Source: a virus
IMG/VR virus record: IMGVR_UViG_3300027747_002198
Location: 1 to 64,000 of that record
Reading direction: 5' to 3' (one strand)
Length of the DNA: 64,000 bases
The position numbers were made by a program, and so were the translations under genes. Shown here in pieces: positions 56,831-64,000 of the stretch. How positions within the stretch are numbered: position 1 is the first letter of the stretch; every line of letters starts with the position of its first letter. The notes beneath the pieces are model-generated. The model worked only from the letters and a program-made list of their open reading frames with translations. It was not told the DNA's origin and ran no database searches.

Positions 56831-58506
56831 CAACCAATAAACAGTCATATCGGGATAACCCACGGCTCAAACGAGTTGGAGTCCAGATTAACTATACGGA
56901 AGAACAAATCTTAGAGTATCAGAGGTGCGCCAAAGATCCTGTTTATTTTTCAAAATATATTAGTATTGTATCTTTAGACCACGGTATTGTACCTTTTGAT
57001 ATGTATGATTTTCAAAAGGACATGATTAGAACTTTTAATGAAAATCGTTTTGTTATTGTTAAATGTCCTCGGCAAGTTGGTAAAACCACTACTGCAATTG
57101 CTTATCTTCTGTGGGTTATTTTATTTCAAGACGCTCAAAACATAGCCATTTTGGCCAACAAAGGTAAAACTTCTCGTGATATTTTAGGTAAGTTACAATT
57201 GGCCTATGAGAATCTTCCTATTTGGTTACAGCAAGGTGTAGTAGAATGGAACAAAGGTAAAATTGAATTAGAAAATGATTCTAAAATTACCGCAGACTCC
57301 ACATCAAGTTCTGCTGCTCGTTCTGGTTCTTATAACATTGTATTTTTAGACGAGTTTGCATTCGTACCTTCTAATATTGCCTATGAGTTTATGGCATCGG
57401 TTTATCCTGTTATTACTTCCGGTACTAAAACAAAGATTTTGATGGTATCAACTCCCAACGGAATGAATCTGTATTATAAAATGTGGATGGATGCCGTTGA
57501 AAAACGAAGCAATTATGTTCCGTTTGAAATTCATTGGTCACAAGTTCCAGGTCGAGACCAAGAATGGCGTGAAGAAACTATTCGTAATACTTCCGAAAGG
57601 CAATTCCAACAAGAATTTGAAACGGAATTCTTAGGTTCTTCGAATACCTTAATTGCTGGAGGCAAGTTACAGCAAATGCGGTATGGTAATCCTATTGCCA
57701 CGCATGACATGTTGAAGATATATGAAGAACCTATCAAAGAAGATGGAGAGAAGAACCTAAAAGATCATATGTATTGTTTAGTAGTCGACCCCTCAGAAGG
57801 CAAAGGCCTCGACTCCAGTGCGTTCTCCGTGATTGATATGTCAGAAACTCCATATAGACAGGTAGCAACTTACAAATCTTCTTCTATATCACCTATATTA
57901 TTTCCAACCGTTATCTATAATACGGCAAAGTTGTATAATGATGCTTATGTTTTATGTGAAATTAATAATACTCAACAAATTGCCGACACGCTTCATGCCG
58001 AATTGGAGTACGAGAATTTATGGAAAGTATTTACTGGTAACAAAAAACCTCAACAATTGTCTGCCGGTTTTGCTAGAGGTGTTCAGTTAGGTCTGAAAAT
58101 GTCACCACAAGTCAAACGAATTGGTTGTTCAAACCTAAAAGCTTTGATTGAAGGTGATAAATTACTGATTAATGACTTTGATACTTATTCTGAATTAACC
58201 ACCTTTGTAGCTCAAAAGAATTCTTTTGCGGCCGAGGCGGAATCAAATGATGATTTGGTGATGGGTTTAGTCATGTTTGGGTGGGTAACTACTCAGAAAT
58301 ATTTTAAAGAAATTGTTAATCATGACGTAAGAAAACAGATTCAGTTAGAAAATATGAATCAAATGGATGAAATTACCCCTCCGGCACCAATTATTGATGA
58401 CGGGTTGGAACATGATTTTATGGTTCAAGGCGGTGACGTTTGGGAAAAAGCAAGTTCGGGTGAAGTATATGCAGAATATTCCAGAGAATTCTGGAGAAAA
58501 ATGTAA
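56827..58506 (+). CDS. gp17: Terminase large subunit gp17
   Basis: YRDNPRLKR, PRQVGKTT (Walker A), IVFLDEFAF (Walker B), STPNG, DDLVM; the start is probably the ATG at 56827 (ATGA overlap with the HNH stop). Confidence 0.96.
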   Translation: MTTNKQSYRDNPRLKRVGVQINYTEEQILEYQRCAKDPVYFSKYISIVSLDHGIVPFDMYDFQKDMIRTFNENRFVIVKCPRQVGKTTTAIAYLLWVILFQDAQNIAILANKGKTSRDILGKLQLAYENLPIWLQQGVVEWNKGKIELENDSKITADSTSSSAARSGSYNIVFLDEFAFVPSNIAYEFMASVYPVITSGTKTKILMVSTPNGMNLYYKMWMDAVEKRSNYVPFEIHWSQVPGRDQEWREETIRNTSERQFQQEFETEFLGSSNTLIAGGKLQQMRYGNPIATHDMLKIYEEPIKEDGEKNLKDHMYCLVVDPSEGKGLDSSAFSVIDMSETPYRQVATYKSSSISPILFPTVIYNTAKLYNDAYVLCEINNTQQIADTLHAELEYENLWKVFTGNKKPQQLSAGFARGVQLGLKMSPQVKRIGCSNLKALIEGDKLLINDFDTYSELTTFVAQKNSFAAEAESNDDLVMGLVMFGWVTTQKYFKEIVNHDVRKQIQLENMNQMDEITPPAPIIDDGLEHDFMVQGGDVWEKASSGEVYAEYSREFWRKM

Positions 58507-58517
58507 ATCCTGTGATT

Positions 58518-58525
58518 CATAAATA
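58518..58525 (+). promoter_or_regulatory. Late promoter for gp18
   Basis: Intergenic CATAAATA; SD AAGGAG before the ATG at 58579. Confidence 0.6.
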
Positions 58526-58578
58526 TCTGTATGGTATCATAACTGCCAAAAACATATAATAATTCAAGGAGAATTTAA

Positions 58579-60291
58579 ATGGCGATTCAACTCTCTCCAG
58601 GTGTAAACGTATCGGAAATTGACTTAACTACTGTCGTTCCTTCGGTACTTACAACTGCTGGCGCTTTTGCTGGAGCCTTTTCTTGGGGACCAGTAGGAAA
58701 AATCATATTAGTTAATAACGAAATTACATTAACACAACGATTTGGTAACCCAAACAATAATACAGCAACTTCATTTTTTACCGCAGCTGCTTTCTTGGCA
58801 TATGGTAATAATTTAAGTGTTGTCCGTGCCGCAAACAATTTGACTTACAATGCTGATGCAAACACTTCTAATCCAAATATTCAAGTTGGTAATTTAGATG
58901 TTTTTCAATATACATTGTTAAATCAAAATAATGCCAATTTATATGGCGCTTTCATGGCTCGCTATCCTGGCGCTTTAGGAAATTCTTTGGCTGTTTCTGT
59001 TTGTGATACTGCAAATCAATTTTCTTCATGGGCATATTCAGGTTCTTTTTCTTCTGCTCCAGGCACTTCTGCTTACACTTCTGCTGTAGGTGGTGCAAAT
59101 GACGAAATTCACGTTGTTGTTACTGACGTTAGTGGTTTGATATCAGGCTCTAAAGGTGCAGTATTAGAAACGTTCCCGTTCATGTCAAAAGCATTAGATG
59201 CAGAACTCAATGGTGTTTCAAACTATTATAAACAAGTTATTTTTAATAAATCACGTTACATTTATGCTGTAGATCCAGTAAATTATGCAAATAACGTAAC
59301 TAACGGCAATTGGGGTCAAATTGCTGCTAATACTAATTTTACATCTTCAAACGTAAATACCACTTTGGCTTTAAGTGGCGGTACTGATGTTGCATTAACA
59401 GAAGGTGATTATAAAAATGGTTATGGATTGTTTACAAACAAAGAAACTACAGACATTTCTTTAGTTATTACTGGTGACGCAAACGCAAACGTTCAATCGT
59501 ACATTATTGACAATATTGTTAATTCTCGTGCTGATTGCGTAGCATTTATTTCTCCTCCACAATCTGCCGTTGTAAATAACGCCGGCAACGAATCTGCAGC
59601 CATACTTAATTGGTTGAATAATACCTCAACTGGATTGCAACGTTCAACATCATTTGCTGTTGCCGACTCTGGTTGGAAATATTTTTACGACAAATACAAT
59701 CAAACATACCGTTGGATTCCATTAAATGGTGACATTGCTGGTTTGTGTGTTAATACCGACACAGTTCGTGATCCTTGGTATTCTCCAGCTGGTTTCAACC
59801 GTGGTGCAATCAAGAATGCTATTAAGTTGGCATGGAATCCAGCAAAAACATATCGTGACGCATTGTATTCAGCAGGCGTAAATCCTGTTGTATCTTTCCC
59901 TGGTCAAGGTATTGTTTTGTTTGGCGATAAAACTCTACAAGCTAAACCATCTGCTTTTGATCGTATCAATGTTCGTAGACTGTTTATTGTTCTTGAAAAG
60001 GCAATTGCCAAAGCTGCCCAATATTCACTTTTTGAATTTAACGATGACTTTACTCGTGCTCAGTTTGTTGCATTGGTAACTCCATTTCTTCGTGATGTGC
60101 AAGGTCGCCGTGGTATTACCGACTTCCGTGTTGTTTGTGATACTACAAATAATACAGCGCAAGTTATTGATTCTAATCAATTTGTGGGTGACATTTACAT
60201 TAAACCTGCTCGTTCCATCAATTACATTCAGTTGAATTTTGTGGCAGTTGGAACTGGTGTTGACTTCACAACAGTCGTTGGTGCTGTCTAA
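58579..60291 (+). CDS. gp18: Tail sheath protein gp18
   Basis: SPGVNVSEIDLT, WYSPAGFNRG, LFGDKT, FDRINVRRLF, FEFND, IKPARSINYI.LNF. Confidence 0.96.
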   Translation: MAIQLSPGVNVSEIDLTTVVPSVLTTAGAFAGAFSWGPVGKIILVNNEITLTQRFGNPNNNTATSFFTAAAFLAYGNNLSVVRAANNLTYNADANTSNPNIQVGNLDVFQYTLLNQNNANLYGAFMARYPGALGNSLAVSVCDTANQFSSWAYSGSFSSAPGTSAYTSAVGGANDEIHVVVTDVSGLISGSKGAVLETFPFMSKALDAELNGVSNYYKQVIFNKSRYIYAVDPVNYANNVTNGNWGQIAANTNFTSSNVNTTLALSGGTDVALTEGDYKNGYGLFTNKETTDISLVITGDANANVQSYIIDNIVNSRADCVAFISPPQSAVVNNAGNESAAILNWLNNTSTGLQRSTSFAVADSGWKYFYDKYNQTYRWIPLNGDIAGLCVNTDTVRDPWYSPAGFNRGAIKNAIKLAWNPAKTYRDALYSAGVNPVVSFPGQGIVLFGDKTLQAKPSAFDRINVRRLFIVLEKAIAKAAQYSLFEFNDDFTRAQFVALVTPFLRDVQGRRGITDFRVVCDTTNNTAQVIDSNQFVGDIYIKPARSINYIQLNFVAVGTGVDFTTVVGAV

Positions 60292-60297
60292 TAAATA
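60290..60297 (+). promoter_or_regulatory. Late promoter for gp19
   Basis: AATAAATA overlapping the gp18 stop; SD AGGAG. Confidence 0.55.
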
Positions 60298-60316
60298 AAC
60301 GATATAGGAGAAAACA

Positions 60317-60859
60317 ATGGCTTTTAATGTAAACGATTTTAGAGCGAATATGATTGGAGACGGTGCCCGTCCCAATCTATTCCAAGTGACTCTAACATTC
60401 CCAACTTTCACTACAAACGGTGCGGCTGCTGGTGCAAAAACCACTTTTATGGCTAAAGCGGCTCAGTTACCCGGTTCAACAATTGGTCAAGTAACTGTTC
60501 CATATTTTGGTCGTGAAGTAAAGTTTGCAGGTAACCGTACATTTACTGACTGGTCTTTGCAAATTATTAACGATGAAGATTTTGTAATTCGTAATGCACT
60601 TGAATCTTGGATGAATGCTATTAATAGTAATACCACCAATGTTCGTAATAGTGCAGCTGCTTCATCTACAAACTATACTGTTGATGCAACTGTTGATCAA
60701 TATGGTAAAACTGGCAACATTCTTAAATCATACAAATTTGTTGGTTTATTTCCTGTTGACATTGCTCCAATCGATTTAGGTTGGGATCAAAACGATGCTA
60801 TTGAAGAATACGGTGCAACATTTGCTTTCCAATATTGGGAATCAAATACTACTAGTTAA
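60317..60859 (+). CDS. gp19: Tail tube protein gp19
   Basis: GARPNLFQV, KAAQLPGS, GREVKFAGNRTF.DW, NDEDF, IEEY..TF.FQYW. Confidence 0.95.
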   Translation: MAFNVNDFRANMIGDGARPNLFQVTLTFPTFTTNGAAAGAKTTFMAKAAQLPGSTIGQVTVPYFGREVKFAGNRTFTDWSLQIINDEDFVIRNALESWMNAINSNTTNVRNSAAASSTNYTVDATVDQYGKTGNILKSYKFVGLFPVDIAPIDLGWDQNDAIEEYGATFAFQYWESNTTS

Positions 60860-60873
60860 TATATTTTTAATAC

Positions 60874-60906
60874 GAGAGGACTCCGGTCCTCTCTTTATGT
60901 TTTTTT
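60874..60906 (+). terminator. Rho-independent terminator after gp19
   Basis: GAGAGGAC-TCCG-GTCCTCTC (8-bp stem, C(UNCG)G tetraloop) followed by a T-rich tail. Confidence 0.85.
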
Positions 60907-60926
60907 GAATTGGAAAAGTAAATAAT

Positions 60927-62570
60927 ATGGCAGCTCTTAATAAATTCTCTCTGTTTGGTTTTACAATTTCTCGAGCCAAGGACGAGGAAGATGGTGCTGT
61001 TGCTCCTTCGTTTTCGCCTCCCAATAATGACGATGGTGCTCTTACCATTACATCTGCTGCTTATTACGGCACTTATGTAGATTTAGATGGTACAGCTAAA
61101 AATGAAGTAGAACTTATTTCTCGTTATCGTGAAATGTCCATGCAGCCAGAGATTGAATCCGCTATTGATGATATTGTTGGTGAAGCAATATGCCAAGATG
61201 ATGATGGTAAAATTATTCAAATTGTTATGGATGATTTAAAGCAACCAGACAAAATTAAAGATGCCATTAGAGCAGAATTTGCCAATATTTGCCGCATGTT
61301 AAATTATAACAACATGGCACAAGATATTTTTCGCCGTTATTATGTTGATGGTAGAATGTATTACCATATTATTATTGACCGTGAAAAACCAATTGAAGGT
61401 ATTAAAGAATTACGTTATATTGATCCTCGTAAACTTCGTAAAGTTCGTGAAATTAAAAAGAAAAAAGATGATCGTACTGGCGTAGAGGCAATGCATGTCA
61501 TTAACGAATATTATATTTACAATGATAAAGTGGTTACTGGTTCTTCTAGTAACTTTGGTCCTGTTGGTGTTCGGATTACCACAGATTCCATTATCTCAGT
61601 TGTATCTGGTCTTATGGACTCTCGTAGGGCTGTAGTTTTGTCGTATCTACATAAAGCAATCAAACCACTCAACCAATTAAGGATGATTGAAGATGCTACT
61701 GTCATTTATCGTATCAGTCGTGCTCCCGAGCGCCGCATTTTCTATATTGATGTGGGTAACTTACCAAAGTTAAAAGCTGAACAATATCTCCGTGATATTA
61801 TGGTCAAGTATAAAAACAAACTTGTCTATGATGCAAATACCGGTGAAGTTCGTGATGACCGTAAATTCTTATCAATGATGGAAGATTTTTGGTTACCTCG
61901 CCGTGAAGGTGGAAAAGGCACAGAAATTGCTACTCTGCCAGGCGGCCAAAACTTAGGTGAATTAGAAGATGTTAAGTATTTTGAAAAGAAATTATACAAA
62001 GCCCTTAATGTTCCTGTTTCTCGTTTAAATCCAGAAAGTTCCGGATTTACTTTAGGCCGTACAAATGAAATTACTCGTGATGAATTAAAATTTGCTAAAT
62101 TTGTTGATCGTTTGCGTAACAAGTTTGCTGAAATGTTTGATCAAGCATTAAGAGTTCAATGTGTTCTTAAAGGTATTTGTACCGCAGAAGAATGGAATGA
62201 ATTTAAAGAGCACATTCATTATGACTTCATTAAAGATAATAACTTTACTGAACTTAAAGATGCCGAGTTGATGAAAGAAAGGCTTAGTTTGTTGCAAGAA
62301 GTTGATCCATACACCGGTCGTTATTTTTCACAAGCTTGGATTCAACGTCAAGTACTACGTTTAACTGATGACCAAATTAGAGAAATGCAAAGTGAAATTG
62401 ATGAAGAAAAAGCAAATGGGTTTGGTTTACCGGTTGGCGTCATCAATCAAGTAGCACAACAATCTATGATGCAACAAGTAGCATCCGATCCTGAACAAGG
62501 TGGTGGTGAAGAAATTGATGAACAACCACAATCACCAGGAACATTTACCAAATTGAAACAAATACTATAA
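60927..62570 (+). CDS. gp20: Portal protein gp20
   Basis: YVDGRMYYH, ELRYIDPRK, NQLRMIEDA.VIYRISRAPERRIFYIDVGN, EDFWLPRREGGKGTEI.TLPGG. Confidence 0.97.
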   Translation: MAALNKFSLFGFTISRAKDEEDGAVAPSFSPPNNDDGALTITSAAYYGTYVDLDGTAKNEVELISRYREMSMQPEIESAIDDIVGEAICQDDDGKIIQIVMDDLKQPDKIKDAIRAEFANICRMLNYNNMAQDIFRRYYVDGRMYYHIIIDREKPIEGIKELRYIDPRKLRKVREIKKKKDDRTGVEAMHVINEYYIYNDKVVTGSSSNFGPVGVRITTDSIISVVSGLMDSRRAVVLSYLHKAIKPLNQLRMIEDATVIYRISRAPERRIFYIDVGNLPKLKAEQYLRDIMVKYKNKLVYDANTGEVRDDRKFLSMMEDFWLPRREGGKGTEIATLPGGQNLGELEDVKYFEKKLYKALNVPVSRLNPESSGFTLGRTNEITRDELKFAKFVDRLRNKFAEMFDQALRVQCVLKGICTAEEWNEFKEHIHYDFIKDNNFTELKDAELMKERLSLLQEVDPYTGRYFSQAWIQRQVLRLTDDQIREMQSEIDEEKANGFGLPVGVINQVAQQSMMQQVASDPEQGGGEEIDEQPQSPGTFTKLKQIL

Positions 62571-62573
62571 ATA
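62566..62573 (+). promoter_or_regulatory. T4 consensus late promoter for the prohead core genes
   Basis: Perfect TATAAATA overlapping the portal stop; SD GGAG, ATG at 62591. Confidence 0.75.
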
Positions 62574-62590
62574 CTTTATTGGAGATTAAA

Positions 62591-62785
62591 ATGACAGATA
62601 AAACAAGAGCAATTATTGATTACGCTTATGATGACAATGGTAAAGAAATGCGTGATGCTGTTTATGGCGCTATTCACGATAAAGTGATGGCACATATTGA
62701 TTCACATAAAAAAGAAATTGCACACAGTTTAATTGCTCCAGAAAGTCGTATGGCTTTACAAGAACCTCAGCAAGATGCGGAATAA
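62591..62785 (+). CDS. Small prohead core protein (gp67-like by position)
   Basis: 64-aa helical ORF immediately after the portal gene; ATG at 62591 with GGAG SD. Confidence 0.55.
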   Translation: MTDKTRAIIDYAYDDNGKEMRDAVYGAIHDKVMAHIDSHKKEIAHSLIAPESRMALQEPQQDAE

Positions 62786-62789
62786 TTAA

Positions 62790-63077
62790 GTGAAAACTTT
62801 TGACGAATTTAAAACTTCTGTTGTTACAGATGAACCAGAAATTGTTGTTGAAAATCTGGAACCAGAAGTATTGGAAGTTGAAGAATTACCTAACCTTCTA
62901 GGTGAAGCAGTTAAAAGAAAGCCTTTAGATCCGCCGGCGGTTTTGTTGATGAAACGTAAATCGGTTCGTCAATATCCAAATGGACAAAGAGTGGCATTAT
63001 ACTATGTGGATAAAATAGATAAATATGTAACCGTACCTTATACAGATATGCAATGGTCAGCAGAAGAAACAAAATAG
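62790..63077 (+). CDS. Hypothetical prohead-region protein
   Basis: MKTFDEF N-terminus, DPPAVLLMKRKSVRQYPNGQRVALYY; between portal and gp21. Confidence 0.6.
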   Translation: MKTFDEFKTSVVTDEPEIVVENLEPEVLEVEELPNLLGEAVKRKPLDPPAVLLMKRKSVRQYPNGQRVALYYVDKIDKYVTVPYTDMQWSAEETK

Positions 63078-63085
63078 GATAAAAA

Positions 63086-63652
63086 ATGGCAAATAAATTT
63101 ACTTACCAAGTATTACGAGATACTACAACAGATTGTGTTATTAAATTAACAGGACAGTTTGATGGTGTTTCAGGAAATGAATCTAATACTTCCAAAATTC
63201 AAGCAAATACTTTGTATGGAGCTTTAGATGCCAATAATGTTCCATTATACACTAGTTTAAGCCTTAGTAATACTGCAAAACCATATTACAATTTACAGTT
63301 AACTTCAGCACAATATTTTGTCAGTATGTCAACCGCTTCTCCTCCCGGTTCTATTGAACTTTTTTGGACTGGTGCAGGAGCCAATCAAAGTGCTCAATAT
63401 GCTAACTCAGCAACCATTTTCTATTTAAACGGAAACGGCGAATACGGTAGTCAACAAAATCCTGCTATTTTAAATAATGCTTCGGGTGGAAATGGAAATT
63501 TAGGAATTAATAGTTATGGTGCAACTACAAACACCGCATACACATTAATTCTTTCTTTCCGTAAGGATAACGCTTATTACCAACGTGGTCAGTTTAATGA
63601 TCCAGCTGCATTTAACTATGGTTCTTATTCTGTATCCGGCGTTAGACAGTAA
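63086..63652 (+). CDS. Hypothetical protein upstream of the prohead protease
   Basis: 188-aa ORF, SD AGGA, C-terminal RKDNAYYQRGQFNDPAAFN. Confidence 0.6.
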   Translation: MANKFTYQVLRDTTTDCVIKLTGQFDGVSGNESNTSKIQANTLYGALDANNVPLYTSLSLSNTAKPYYNLQLTSAQYFVSMSTASPPGSIELFWTGAGANQSAQYANSATIFYLNGNGEYGSQQNPAILNNASGGNGNLGINSYGATTNTAYTLILSFRKDNAYYQRGQFNDPAAFNYGSYSVSGVRQ

Positions 63653-63672
63653 AAAAGAAAGGTATTAGTAAT

Positions 63673-64000
63673 ATGAAACTAATCAAAGAAGTTACCGAAA
63701 CAGTTAGTTATCTAGCTGAAGAAAAAGACGGTAAAAAGTCATTATACATTCAAGGTCCATTTCTCCAAGCAGAAGTGGTAAATCGAAATGGTCGCAAATA
63801 TCTTAGAGAAGTAATGCAAAAAGAAGTTCAGCGTTACAACGAAAACTATGTACACAAAAACCGTGCCTTTGGTGAATTGGGTCATCCTGATACACCAACA
63901 ATCAATCTTGATAGAGTTTCACATTTAACTACGGAACTTTACCAAGAAGGTAATAATTGGATAGGCAAAGCAAAAATTCTTGACACACCTATGGGTACTA
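63673..64000 (+). CDS. gp21: Prohead core scaffold/protease gp21, 3'-truncated by the window edge
   Basis: Manual translation MKLIKE...YIQGPFLQAEVVNRNGRKY...RAFGELGHPDTPTINLDRVSH...GKAKILDTPMG. Confidence 0.93.
   Translation, partial: MKLIKEVTETVSYLAEEKDGKKSLYIQGPFLQAEVVNRNGRKYLREVMQKEVQRYNENYVHKNRAFGELGHPDTPTINLDRVSHLTTELYQEGNNWIGKAKILDTPMGT

Noticed and set aside
58532-58548. Small hairpin TGGTA-7nt-TGCCA in the gp18 leader
   Set aside because: Only 5 bp with a G-U pair; not distinguishable from chance without homologues
60918-60926. GTAAATA just before the portal ATG as a late promoter
   Set aside because: Only 2 nt from the ATG, so transcription would start inside the start codon; likely chance in AT-rich DNA
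1-64000. Stop-codon reassignment, tRNA or rRNA genes
   Set aside because: Core genes are full length in the standard code; the few intergenic gaps show no cloverleaf or rRNA-like sequence

Overview
AT-rich, gene-dense segment of a T4-like (T4-superfamily) myovirus genome, with an organisation resembling aquatic T4-like phages; the host cannot be determined from this window. It opens with the end of a replication cluster (gp59, a HAD deoxyribonucleotidase, gp32). A minus-strand block follows, read gp4, gp2, gp54, gp26, gp51 and two tape-measure-like proteins, one carrying a GH19 hydrolase domain. The rest is a long plus-strand virion region: baseplate (gp48, gp53, gp27-like, gp5, PAAR, gp25, gp6, gp7, gp8, a 2097-aa VrlC/DUF4815-like protein); about 21 kb of accessory fibre/lectin genes, including three tandem 7-repeat beta-propeller paralogues and a glycosyltransferase-methyltransferase fusion; neck and tail terminator (gp13-15); terminase (gp16/gp17, separated by a GT-like gene and an HNH endonuclease); sheath, tube, portal, prohead core genes and the start of gp21. 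Most notable observations: (1) a probable -1 ribosomal frameshift (T TTT TTC) fusing gp26 to gp51, analogous to lambda G/GT; (2) a two-copy ~80-nt intergenic element with compensatory base changes and GNRA loops; (3) a 21-repeat constant-framework/variable-loop propeller array next to a GT-MTase gene; (4) a candidate late small RNA after gp32; (5) several probably leaderless late genes. All protein calls rest on recognised motifs and synteny; no database search was run.
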